Program-made: the position numbers and the translations under genes
Source: a bacterium
GTDB taxonomy: Bacteria; Muiribacteriota; UBA6191
Assembly: GCA_036339875.1 (NCBI GenBank)
Contig: JAYZAC010000090.1
Span: forward strand, 1-17,487
Length of the DNA stretch: 17,487 nt
Reading direction: 5' to 3'
The notes under the pieces: generated by a model
Databases searched by the model: none
Told to the model about the DNA's origin: nothing
What the model saw: only the letters and a program-made list of their open reading frames with translations
Shown here: positions 1 to 8,915 of the stretch, piece by piece
Layout of the letters: the number at the start of each line of letters is the position of its first letter
Numbering within the stretch: position 1 is the first letter of the stretch

Positions 1-2
1 AC

Positions 3-2429
3 TTGAGGAGGGCAAACCAAGGTTGCATCTCCACTATGAACACCTGCGTTTTCTACATGCTCACTGATTGCGTAGACAACGATATCATCGCCATTACCTA
101 CACCATCTAGTTCAATTTCTTGGGCATTGTTAATGAACTTAGACATTACTACTGGATGCTCGGTACTAATATCAGCTGCGTTTTGCAATAATGCAGATAG
201 TTCATCTGGTCCGGAGGCAATACCCATAGCTGCTCCAGAAAGGACATAAGATGGTCTTACGATCACAGGATATTCAAGAGATATAGCAAATTCTAAGGCA
301 GCTTTTTCAGAGACAACATTTTGCCACTGAGGTTGATCAATATTTAACGTATCTAGTAGTGCTGAAAACTTATTACGATCTTCAGCATTATCTATGGAGC
401 TAGCAGAAGTTCCAAGAAGGGGGATTGCTAATTCAGCCAATTTCAAGGCTAGATTATTTGGAATTTGTCCGCCCATAGAAACAACAACACCCATTGGTTT
501 TTCAAAATCACAGATATCAAGAACTCTTTCTAGAGTGAGCTCATCGAAATAAAGACGATCGCACTCGTCATAATCGGTACTAACTGTTTCTGGATTGTTA
601 TTTACGAGGATTGTGCAATAACCCATTTGTCGAAATGCTTGAATAGCATTAACACAGCACCAATCAAATTCTACTGAGCTTCCAATCTTATAGGCTCCTG
701 AGCCTAGAACTAGAATACTTCGACCTGGATCAGCAGGTTCAAGATCAGACTGTTTTCCATGATATGTCATATACAAATAATTAGTTTTTGCAGGGTATTC
801 TGCTGCAAGAGTATCGATTTGTTTTATGCATGGAAGAATTCCATAGCATTTACGAAATTCACGAATCTCATGAGATTTACGACGAAGGGCTTTAGCGATC
901 TGTTTATCAGCATAACCAGCTAATTTAGCCTTCAGGATCAGCTCATGTTGCAAATCATTACGACTTTGGTTCAGAAGGTTCCGTTCGATTTTGGCGATAT
1001 TTTCTAACTTGTAAAGGAACCATCGATCAATTTTAGTTTTATCATAGTTTTCATCGATACAGTGCCCCATTAAAATATTAGTGAAAAGTGCAAAGATTCG
1101 ACTATCGGTGGGTGGCAGATCGACAATATCTTCATTACTAGGGCGAATACTTTTATTCTGAGATAGGCCAAGATAACTCGAATCCACCATCCGTATTGCT
1201 TTTTGAATGGCTTCTTCAAAATTTCGACCGATCGCCATCACTTCACCGACGGACTTCATGCCTGGTCCAATGCGCTTACTTACTTTTCTGAATTTTTGTA
1301 AATCCCACTTGGGAACCTTTACGGTAATGTAATCTAACGCAGGTTCGAAACATGCTCCTGTCACTTGAGTAACTGAGTTTTTAAGCTGCAGTAGACTGTA
1401 TCCAAGTCCTAGTTTTGCCGCAATAAATGCCAGTGGGTAACCTGTGGCTTTAGAAGCTAAAGCACTAGAACGCGAAAGTCTAGCATTTACCTCTATTACC
1501 CGATAATCTTCTGAATACGGATCCAGAGCAAACTGAACATTACACTCTCCGATGATGCCGAGATTGCGGACGATTTTTTGGGAAATGTTTCGAAGCTTTT
1601 GATACTCACGATCATTTAAAGTTTGTGAAGGTGCAACTACAATAGATTCACCTGTATGAATACCCAACGGATCAAAATTCTCCATATTACAAACAGTGAT
1701 ACAGTTATCGAATTGGTCACGAACCACCTCATATTCAATCTCTTTCCATCCACCTAAGTATTCATCAATCAGAATTTGAGGAGTTAGTTCGAGAGATTTT
1801 TTCACTTGTGATTCGAAGTCTTCGTAGTTTTTGCAAACTGCTGCCCCAAGTCCTCCCAAGGCAAAACCTGCACGAATGAGAAGCGGAAATCTTGAATTGC
1901 GACCAACCTCGAGTGCCTCTTCAACTGTATATGCAATATGATTACCAGGAGTTCTTATGTCCAATTTAGAAAGAAAATTAGAAAACTTTTGGCGGTCTTC
2001 CGTCATGCTGATGGAGTTAACCGGGGTACCAAGTACCTGAACGTTATAACGTTTTAGAATACCTGATTCGAATAGTTGGAGGCCACAATTCAATGCAGTT
2101 TGCCCTCCGAAAGAAAGGAAAATACCATCGGGTTCTTCTTTGGCTATTACCTCTTCAACAAAATGAGGATTTACAGGTAGTAAATAAACTTTATCCGCCA
2201 TACCCTCAGAAGTTTGAATGGTAGCAATATTGGGATTAACCAGTATGGTCTCAATACCTTCTTCTTTTAATGCTTTTATCGCTTGCGACCCTGAGTAATC
2301 AAACTCTCCTGCTTCTCCTATTTTTAGTGCACCGGAGCCTAATAGAATTACTTTCTTAATAGATTTTAAAGATGGCTTAAGTTGAATAGGATATTGTGCT
2401 GGATTGATGTTATTTAAGGCGTGTGACAT
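3..2429 (-). CDS. carB: Carbamoyl-phosphate synthase large subunit, 5' ~809 codons (3' end runs off the window; absent from the ORF track)
   Basis: Manual translation from ATG at 2429: MSHALNNINPAQ...KKVILLGSGALKIGEAGEFDYSGSQAIKALKEEG...FGGQTALNCG. Internal spot checks give GWKEIEYEVVRDQFDNCITVCNMENFDPLGIHTGES, VLGSGAYKIGSSVEFDWCC and RPSYVLSGAAM, and the window edge reads EHVENAGVHSGDATLVCPPQ. Both ends are in the same frame. It starts 4 nt after the carA stop. Confidence 0.97.
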   Translation of the reverse strand, partial: MSHALNNINPAQYPIQLKPSLKSIKKVILLGSGALKIGEAGEFDYSGSQAIKALKEEGIETILVNPNIATIQTSEGMADKVYLLPVNPHFVEEVIAKEEPDGIFLSFGGQTALNCGLQLFESGILKRYNVQVLGTPVNSISMTEDRQKFSNFLSKLDIRTPGNHIAYTVEEALEVGRNSRFPLLIRAGFALGGLGAAVCKNYEDFESQVKKSLELTPQILIDEYLGGWKEIEYEVVRDQFDNCITVCNMENFDPLGIHTGESIVVAPSQTLNDREYQKLRNISQKIVRNLGIIGECNVQFALDPYSEDYRVIEVNARLSRSSALASKATGYPLAFIAAKLGLGYSLLQLKNSVTQVTGACFEPALDYITVKVPKWDLQKFRKVSKRIGPGMKSVGEVMAIGRNFEEAIQKAIRMVDSSYLGLSQNKSIRPSNEDIVDLPPTDSRIFALFTNILMGHCIDENYDKTKIDRWFLYKLENIAKIERNLLNQSRNDLQHELILKAKLAGYADKQIAKALRRKSHEIREFRKCYGILPCIKQIDTLAAEYPAKTNYLYMTYHGKQSDLEPADPGRSILVLGSGAYKIGSSVEFDWCCVNAIQAFRQMGYCTILVNNNPETVSTDYDECDRLYFDELTLERVLDICDFEKPMGVVVSMGGQIPNNLALKLAELAIPLLGTSASSIDNAEDRNKFSALLDTLNIDQPQWQNVVSEKAALEFAISLEYPVIVRPSYVLSGAAMGIASGPDELSALLQNAADISTEHPVVMSKFINNAQEIELDGVGNGDDIVVYAISEHVENAGVHSGDATLVCPPQ

Positions 2430-2433
2430 TTTT

Positions 2434-3546
2434 TCAAACCTTTGCCTGCATAAGTTTTACAAAATCATCAAATAAGAAGGCTGTATCTTGAGGCCCTGGA
2501 GCGGCTTCAGGATGAAATTGAACAGAGAAGAAGGGGGCTTGCTTGTGGCAAATTCCCTCGTTTGTTCCGTCGTTTTGATTACGAAATAGAGGCACCCAGT
2601 CATCAGGTAGTGAGTTATCATCTACAGCATAACCGTGATTTTGTGAGGTAATGAAACATTTTTGACTACCCTCTAGGACACAGGGTTGATTGTGTGAGCG
2701 ATGACCATATTTTAGTTTGTAGGTTTTGGCTCCAGCAGCCTGTGCCATCAACTGATGGCCAAGACATATGCCCATCATTGGTGTTTTTCTGTTATAACTT
2801 TTTTGTATATTTTCAACAATATGATCTAGATTTTCAGGGTTTCCCGGTCCATTACTAACCACAATACCATCATAAGATCCCACATGTTTCTCAAAGTCTG
2901 CTTGGTGGTAATTTAAGTGATAAGGAATTGAAATTACTTTAAGATTACGCCTGAGAAGAGATCTCAAGATATTACTTTTTGAACCACAGTCGATAAGCAG
3001 AACAGTTTTTTCCACGGGTCCTTCTGGAAGAAAGATCTGTATTGATGGGCTGGTTACTTTTGCTGCAAGGTTTTTGACACTAGGGTCATAAAAATCAGGC
3101 AGATAATCAGGATACTCGAAGCAAATAGCTCCTAACATGGAGCCTTGTTCACGAAGTAGAGTGGTTAGTGCTCTGGTGTCAATTCCGTAAATTCCCGGAA
3201 TATTCTGTTGCTTCATCCAATTGTCTAGAGATTGGCCGGCGCTCCAATGCGAAAAGTCTTCACTCAATTCACTAATTAGTAAACCTTTGAGGTGAATATT
3301 TTTTGATTCAAAGGGTGAGTTTACTAAATCTTGGCTAGTACTTTCGGGCACGCCATAGTTTCCGATCATTGGATAGGTGAAGCATAGAATCTGGCCACTG
3401 TAAGAGGGGTCTGTCATTGTTTCGCCATAACCGACCATACCAGTTGAGAAGACAACTTCTCCTGAATTCTGGGTATTAGTGGCCCCAAATGCAAAGCCTT
3501 CAAAGATTTCTCCGTTTTGTAGGACTAACCAGGCTTTGTTCGACAT
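2434..3546 (-). CDS. carA: Carbamoyl-phosphate synthase small (glutaminase) subunit
   Basis: Motifs GEVVFSTGMVGY, TDPSYSGQIL, SNGPGNP, catalytic GICLGHQ, SQNHGYAV and QFHPE. ATG at 3546 (MSNKAW) is preferred over the ORF-track TTG at 3558 because GGGAG lies just upstream of it. Confidence 0.97.
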   Translation of the reverse strand: MSNKAWLVLQNGEIFEGFAFGATNTQNSGEVVFSTGMVGYGETMTDPSYSGQILCFTYPMIGNYGVPESTSQDLVNSPFESKNIHLKGLLISELSEDFSHWSAGQSLDNWMKQQNIPGIYGIDTRALTTLLREQGSMLGAICFEYPDYLPDFYDPSVKNLAAKVTSPSIQIFLPEGPVEKTVLLIDCGSKSNILRSLLRRNLKVISIPYHLNYHQADFEKHVGSYDGIVVSNGPGNPENLDHIVENIQKSYNRKTPMMGICLGHQLMAQAAGAKTYKLKYGHRSHNQPCVLEGSQKCFITSQNHGYAVDDNSLPDDWVPLFRNQNDGTNEGICHKQAPFFSVQFHPEAAPGPQDTAFLFDDFVKLMQAKV

Positions 3547-3615
3547 AGAATCTCCCAATGATTTGCGTTACTGAAGTATCGTAGTCATCTAAAATTGTCT
3601 GTAGACCCTTTCAGT

Positions 3616-3630
3616 GGCGGCATTATAACA
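3616..3630 (-). promoter_or_regulatory. Putative extended -10 sigma70 promoter for carAB
   Basis: Minus strand reads TGT-TATAAT (TATAAT at 3622-3627) followed by a GC-rich GCCGCC discriminator, ~75 nt upstream of carA. No good -35 element. Confidence 0.6.
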
Positions 3631-3692
3631 ATAATATTACAGAATAAAACCTATACGATATTTAATTGTTAGAAAAACTGTGAGAGTAATAT

Positions 3693-4967
3693 TTATTGCT
3701 TATTAGAATCAGGGTCAGTTATTTGTTCACTTTGGTTAGCGAGCATTTGATTTGCTAGTTCTCTCACTTTTTCATGTTGGTTTTCGTTGAAGATTTTTAG
3801 GATAATTTCATCTAAAGCTTCTGATTTCTGATTTTTATCAAATTGATTCTGATTGACATTTATATCTGCGTAGTTATTGGATTGTAGATAAAGAGCGACA
3901 GTGTTTTTAACACCCTTTTCATAACCTTTTGATAAGCTAGTTTTTAAGATGGATTGTAAAGATAGAAGTTGGGATATTAAAAATATTATTAAAATAGTTG
4001 TCCCAATAATTATTACAGTTGAGCTTTCCGTATTTTTGTCCTTAGAAAAATAAACGATTATTGCAAAAGTAAGATTTACGAAGCAGAGAATCTTCACAAC
4101 CGTAGAATGTTTTAGACCTAGACTAAGAAGTTGATGATGTACATGCATTTTGTCTGCTTTAAATATTGGTTTACGATTTCGAGCCCTTCGAAGCATGGCG
4201 AGTAAAGTATCGAAAATGGGTAATCCTAAGAGGAAAATGGGTGCCATTGCACCTAGCGGATGTGAGTCAAAGCCTACAACTATGATTGAAAAAATTGCTA
4301 TATGATATCCAAGGAAGAGAGAGCCAATGTCACCCATGAAAATTTTTGCTGGATACCAATTATAGAATAGAAAAATAACGAGGCCTCCGAGTAATCCTGG
4401 TATCAATAGATTTACTAAAACATTGCTAGGTTGTTGAACTGCTATACTAGACAAGATAATTAGGCAAATACCCCCAGATAGGCCGTCTAATCCGTCCATC
4501 ATATTCACTGCATTGATAATGCCAACCATCCAGATTATTGTAAAAGGTATGGAAAGAGCTCCGAGCTCTAGGGAGTATTCTATAAAAGAAATTTGATCCA
4601 CGATTATGCCGCATTTACAAAGGAATAGTGCTATCACGCATTCAACGAAGAATTTAGTAGCAGGTTTCAAATTTAAAAGATCATCGAGTGCGCCCAAAAG
4701 AATGATCGCTATGCCACCTCCCATAATTCCGATTAACTTATTCAATAAAGGAGTATCAATTTCAGGGTTATGAATAAAAAGAACAAACAGTAGACTACTG
4801 AAATAACCTATAATGAATATTAGTCCACCCATTTCGAGCATAGGTTTTTCATGCACTGTACGATCATTAGGGATATCGTAAATTTTCAGACGTTTCAAAA
4901 TCGGGAATACGGCGAGAGATCCGATGTAAGAAATAACTAAAGAAACGAAAAAGGTGCTCCAAAACAT
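3693..4967 (-). CDS. Polyprenyl-phosphate HexNAc-1-phosphate transferase (MraY-like GT4 family, WecA/TagO type) with C-terminal extension
   Basis: Motifs D-P-R-VH-P-GG, LGALDDL, NAVNMMDGLDGL, IFMGDIGS and ADKMHVHH, plus multiple hydrophobic segments. Confidence 0.92.
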   Translation of the reverse strand: MFWSTFFVSLVISYIGSLAVFPILKRLKIYDIPNDRTVHEKPMLEMGGLIFIIGYFSSLLFVLFIHNPEIDTPLLNKLIGIMGGGIAIILLGALDDLLNLKPATKFFVECVIALFLCKCGIIVDQISFIEYSLELGALSIPFTIIWMVGIINAVNMMDGLDGLSGGICLIILSSIAVQQPSNVLVNLLIPGLLGGLVIFLFYNWYPAKIFMGDIGSLFLGYHIAIFSIIVVGFDSHPLGAMAPIFLLGLPIFDTLLAMLRRARNRKPIFKADKMHVHHQLLSLGLKHSTVVKILCFVNLTFAIIVYFSKDKNTESSTVIIIGTTILIIFLISQLLSLQSILKTSLSKGYEKGVKNTVALYLQSNNYADINVNQNQFDKNQKSEALDEIILKIFNENQHEKVRELANQMLANQSEQITDPDSNKQ

Positions 4968-5023
4968 TCGTTAATAAGAATAATCGCTTCGATGGAATGC
5001 AACAAGATAGATTTAAATTTTGT

Positions 5024-5055
5024 AAAAAAAAAGGTGAAGCAATATGCTCCACCTT
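5024..5055 (-). terminator. Intrinsic (rho-independent) terminator after rplY
   Basis: Minus strand AAGGTGGAGC-ATATT-GCTTCACCTT (10-bp stem with one G-U pair) followed by 7 more T residues. Confidence 0.88.
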
Positions 5056-5073
5056 ACCATCAATTTTGATAAT

Positions 5074-5658
5074 TTATTCGTCGCCCTGAGCTGCGATTTT
5101 ACGCGCTGCACGAGAGCTGGCAACTGTAAAGAAAGCTTGGGTAGTAATTGAATAATTGAATCCTTAATTGTCTTCAGCTCTGACGATTTCATTTAGTTTT
5201 AGGTCTGAAACATCGACTCTAATGCAGTCCGGTATTTCGGCAGGTAAGCAGTGAATTTCAGTTTCTTGAGCGTTTTGCTGAAGGACCCCACCTTGTCGTA
5301 GAACACCGAAAGGAACGCCTGTATGAGCAACCGGCACTTTAATTTTCACAATGCGGTCAGCATGGACCTTTTGAAAATCCAAATGTAGGATAGTATTACC
5401 CTTGTAGTCATATTGAATGTTCTTAAAGATTGCTTGAATTTCCTCAATACTTCCTTGATTGTCGATCTTTAAAGAGATCAAACCACTTGCCCCACGCTTT
5501 CGAACCAATAACGTAGCTTCACGTCCATCAATGGATACATTGATCGCAGAGCCATCTTTGTCATATACAACAGCTGGAATTCGTCCAGCGTTGCGCAACG
5601 CAGTGCGACTAGCTTGTGTAATTTTAGTATCTCGTACTTGAACTTCTACCTCGTACAT
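5074..5658 (-). CDS. rplY: 50S ribosomal protein L25/general stress protein CTC; the ORF stops at TAA 5164-5166 but the frame continues to TAA 5074-5076
   Basis: Motifs LRNAGRIPAVVY, ILHLDFQ, GVLRQGGVL and CLPAEIPDCIRVDVSDL. Strong RBS AAGGAG upstream of ATG 5658. The in-frame tail after the stop reads GFNYSITTQAFFTVASSRAARKIAAQGDE. Confidence 0.93.
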
Positions 5659-5710
5659 GATCGTCTCCTTAGACAGCCCACACCAAGAACAACCCAGCCT
5701 GGTAATGGAA

Positions 5711-5746
5711 GCTCGCGATTTTAACAGCAGTGGACTAAGGTGTCAA
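5711..5746 (-). promoter_or_regulatory. Near-consensus sigma70 promoter for rplY with GC-rich discriminator
   Basis: TTGACA (5741-5746), a 17-nt spacer ending in TGT, TAAAAT (5718-5723), then CGCGAGC. This layout is typical of stringently controlled ribosomal promoters. Confidence 0.8.
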
Positions 5747-5765
5747 TATGTTGTTTTATGTCACT

Positions 5766-5795
5766 ATTAAATTGAATTTAATTAGGTGATATAAT
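5766..5795 (+). promoter_or_regulatory. Putative extended -10 promoter for the plus-strand operon with an overlapping palindrome
   Basis: TG-A-TATAAT at 5787-5795, with TTAAAT 17 nt upstream of the -10. Perfect inverted repeat ATTAAATT-G-AATTTAAT at 5766-5782. Confidence 0.6.
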
Positions 5796-5831
5796 TCCAA
5801 TGTCCTTCCTAACAAACTTGAAAGAAAAAGT

Positions 5832-7439
5832 ATGCAGCGAATTTCCAGCACATTAAGAATTAATAGTTCAGAGTTCCAAGAGAATCATGAAGCGATGAGC
5901 GCCAAAGTCAATGAATTAAAAGCCTATCTTTCCAATAATCGTAATCGTGGAGATAGCGCTTCAGTTAAGCGCCATCGAAGTCGAGGTAAACTTTTCGTTT
6001 ATGATCGTATTGATCAATTAATTGATGGTGATAGTAGATTTCTTGAATTTTCATGCTTAGCTGGATTGAATATGTATGAAAGTTCTCCGCCGGCAGCAGG
6101 TATTGTCACGGGAATAGGTACTATTCACGGCCGTGAGGTAATGATCGTAGCAAATGATGCAACTGTTAAAGGAGGCTCTTACTATCCTACTACCGTAAAA
6201 AAACATTTGCGAGCTCAGGAAATCGCTCGTGAAAATCGGCTTCCATGTATCTACCTCGTGGATTCTGGAGGAGCTTTTTTACCTTTACAGTCGGAAGTAT
6301 TTCCAGATAGAGATCATTTTGGGAGAATCTTTTATAATCAGGCCCAGATGAGTGCTGAAGGTATACCTCAAATTGCCGTTGTGATGGGTAGTTGTACGGC
6401 GGGTGGGGCATATGTCCCTGCTATGAGCGATGAAACCATTATAGTGAAGCAGCAGGGTACAATATTTTTAGCGGGCCCTCCCTTAGTAAAAGCTGCCACA
6501 GGAGAGGTAGTGAGTACGGAAGACCTTGGTGGTGGAGAGGTTCATTCCAAAATTAGTGGTGTGACGGATCATTTGGCACTCAATGACGAACATGCAATTC
6601 AAATAACTCGAGATTTAATAGAAGCAATTCCAAAGCCTCCAAGGCATGATTTGGATCGTAAACCTATTGAAACTCCAAAGTATGACCCCTCTGAACTTTA
6701 TGGAATTATTCCAAAGGATGTCAGACAGCCTTACGATGTAAAGGAAGTAATCACTAGAATCGTTGATGGCAGTCGAATGCATGAATTTAAAGCGGAGTAC
6801 GGTACCACTTTAATTTGCGGTTTTGCAAGATTGAAAGGCTTTCCCATTGGTTTACTAGCTAATAATGGAGTCCTTTTTTCAGAGTCAGCTTTGAAAGGAG
6901 CCCATTTTATAGAGTTATGCTCTCAGCGCGGAATTCCATTAGTTTTTTTACAGAATATTACCGGTTTTATGGTTGGTAAGAAATATGAGCAGGAGGGCAT
7001 AGCTAAGCATGGAGCTAAAATGGTTATGGCTGTGAGTAATGCTTGCGTCCCAAGGTTTACCGTAATAATAGGCGGGTCTTATGGTGCTGGTAATTATGGA
7101 ATGTGCGGACGAGCTTATCAGCCCAGGCAGCTTTGGATGTGGCCTAATGCTAAGATTTCGGTTATGGGGGGTGAACAAGCTAGCGATGTATTGGTTTCGG
7201 TAAAAGCAGCGCAAATAAAAAAAATGGGTCAGGAGATGGCTGAAAACGATTTGAAGCAATTGAAGCAGGAAATTATCGATACTTACGAAAAAGAGTCCAA
7301 TTGTTACTACTCTACAGCAAGACTTTGGGACGATGGAGTGATTGATCCTATATCCACCAGAGATGTATTGGCAATGGGTATTTCGACAAGTTTAAATAAG
7401 CCTTTTGAAGAACGTAAACAAGGTATTTTTAGAATGTAG
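5832..7439 (+). CDS. liuB: 3-methylcrotonyl-CoA carboxylase beta (carboxyltransferase) subunit
   Basis: Motifs [72 protein letters not shown] and TARLWDDG. Confidence 0.93.
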   Translation: MQRISSTLRINSSEFQENHEAMSAKVNELKAYLSNNRNRGDSASVKRHRSRGKLFVYDRIDQLIDGDSRFLEFSCLAGLNMYESSPPAAGIVTGIGTIHGREVMIVANDATVKGGSYYPTTVKKHLRAQEIARENRLPCIYLVDSGGAFLPLQSEVFPDRDHFGRIFYNQAQMSAEGIPQIAVVMGSCTAGGAYVPAMSDETIIVKQQGTIFLAGPPLVKAATGEVVSTEDLGGGEVHSKISGVTDHLALNDEHAIQITRDLIEAIPKPPRHDLDRKPIETPKYDPSELYGIIPKDVRQPYDVKEVITRIVDGSRMHEFKAEYGTTLICGFARLKGFPIGLLANNGVLFSESALKGAHFIELCSQRGIPLVFLQNITGFMVGKKYEQEGIAKHGAKMVMAVSNACVPRFTVIIGGSYGAGNYGMCGRAYQPRQLWMWPNAKISVMGGEQASDVLVSVKAAQIKKMGQEMAENDLKQLKQEIIDTYEKESNCYYSTARLWDDGVIDPISTRDVLAMGISTSLNKPFEERKQGIFRM

Positions 7440-7448
7440 AGGTCATGT

Positions 7449-8915
7449 ATGCAGTGTGTTTTAATCGCTAATCGTGGTGAAATTGCCGTTCGTATCATCG
7501 ATACACTTCGTCAACTCAACATAAAGTCTGCTCTGGTAGTATCTGATCCAGATAGAGAATCATTGGCTGCAGAATTGGCGGATATAGTCGTGCCAATAGG
7601 TGGTCAGTCAGCTTTAGAGAGCTACCTAGATGTTAATAAAATTCTGCAAGCCGCAAAGAAAGTGGATGCAGATGGGATTCATCCAGGTTACGGTTTTTTG
7701 TCCGAAAAAGTAGAACTTGTTGAAGCTTGTGAACAGGCAAATATTAAGTTTATCGGACCATCTAAAAAAGCAATTGAAATCATGGGTGACAAAATTAAAT
7801 CTCGTCAATTAATGATTTCGGGAAATGTACCTGTTGTTCCTGGATTTGATTTACATGAGTCAGGAGACATCGGCGTAGTAATGGAGCAAGCTCGTAAACT
7901 TGGCTTTCCCTTAATGGTGAAGGCAGCTAGCGGTGGTGGTGGAAAGGGAATGCGAGCAGTATATGAGGAAAAAGACTTGAACGGAGCAATAGAAAGTTGT
8001 CAAAGAGAGGCTGGCTCATCTTTTTCAGATTCAAGGGTTTTTATTGAAAAGTTAATAGAGAATCCACGACATATAGAGATTCAAGTTTTCGGCGATTCTC
8101 GAGGTAATATAGTTCATCTAAATGAAAGAGAATGTTCAATTCAGCGTCGTCATCAGAAGGTAATTGAAGAAGCTCCTGCCAGCTTTGATATGGGTGAATT
8201 AAGATTACGAATGGGAGATGTTGCAGTGAAGGCTGCTCGATTAGTCGAATATGAGGGTGCGGGAACAGTAGAATTTATCTATTCCTCCGAGGGAGACTTT
8301 TATTTTCTAGAGATGAATACCCGATTGCAAGTAGAACACCCCGTTACGGAACTTACTCATGGGGTAGATTTAGTTACTGCTCAAATTCGAGTGGCTAGTG
8401 GAGAACCTCTGACTTGGAGTCAGGAAGAATTACGACCCAAAGGGCATGCTTTGGAGGTGCGACTATACGCTGAAGATCCTTTGAGAGATTTTATGCCGAC
8501 TCCGGGTGAAATTGTGAAGCTAAATTGGCCGCGAAAACGTGATTGGCTTAGATTGGATGTAGGAGTAAAAGAGTATTCCAAAATAAGCCCTTTCTATGAC
8601 CCCATGATAGCTAAGCTAATAGTTCATGCTGACACAAGGTATCAAGCCATTGATCGAATGATAAAAGTGCTTGGTGAATTGCAGATTTACGGTGTAATAA
8701 CCAATCAATCTTATTTGATTGAAATACTCTCACAAAACGAATTTCAGAAAGGGAATATCAATACATCTTTTATAGAGTACATGGAGATTGAAAAAGGTCT
8801 TCGAAAAAAATTAGAAAGCAATTTGAGTGCTTTTTTGAGTATTGCTCCTGCTATTCATAATAGGGATGCGAATCTCGATACTGAGCATCCTTTCAAGGTA
8901 GGTGGCCAGAGATGA
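7449..8915 (+). CDS. liuD: Biotin carboxylase domain of acyl-CoA (methylcrotonyl-CoA) carboxylase alpha subunit, lacking the biotinyl domain
   Basis: Motifs LIANRGEIA, HPGYGFLSE, GGGGKGMR, RECSIQRRHQK, FLEMNTRLQVEHPVTE and YDPMIAKLI. RBS GAGG upstream. No MKM motif. Confidence 0.9.
   Translation: MQCVLIANRGEIAVRIIDTLRQLNIKSALVVSDPDRESLAAELADIVVPIGGQSALESYLDVNKILQAAKKVDADGIHPGYGFLSEKVELVEACEQANIKFIGPSKKAIEIMGDKIKSRQLMISGNVPVVPGFDLHESGDIGVVMEQARKLGFPLMVKAASGGGGKGMRAVYEEKDLNGAIESCQREAGSSFSDSRVFIEKLIENPRHIEIQVFGDSRGNIVHLNERECSIQRRHQKVIEEAPASFDMGELRLRMGDVAVKAARLVEYEGAGTVEFIYSSEGDFYFLEMNTRLQVEHPVTELTHGVDLVTAQIRVASGEPLTWSQEELRPKGHALEVRLYAEDPLRDFMPTPGEIVKLNWPRKRDWLRLDVGVKEYSKISPFYDPMIAKLIVHADTRYQAIDRMIKVLGELQIYGVITNQSYLIEILSQNEFQKGNINTSFIEYMEIEKGLRKKLESNLSAFLSIAPAIHNRDANLDTEHPFKVGGQR

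Noticed and set aside
3622..3665. ARG box or PyrR site at the carAB promoter
   Set aside because: The region is AT-rich but has no convincing TGAAT-N4-ATTCA or AGUCCAGAGAGG match.
4867..5052. 61-aa minus-strand ORF
   Set aside because: It starts inside the terminator hairpin, overlaps the WecA-like gene out of frame and has no recognisable motif.
5164..5166. Genome-wide stop-codon reassignment or Sec/Pyl recoding as the cause of the rplY stop
   Set aside because: TAA terminates the WecA-like, HMG-CoA lyase, dprE1 and cysC genes normally, and Sec/Pyl use TGA/TAG.
5459..5641. 60-aa plus-strand ORF
   Set aside because: Antisense shadow of rplY.
6190..7808. Four short minus-strand ORFs (6190-6411, 6948-7259, 7307-7498, 7626-7808)
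   Set aside because: All are antisense to well-conserved carboxylase genes and show no motifs.
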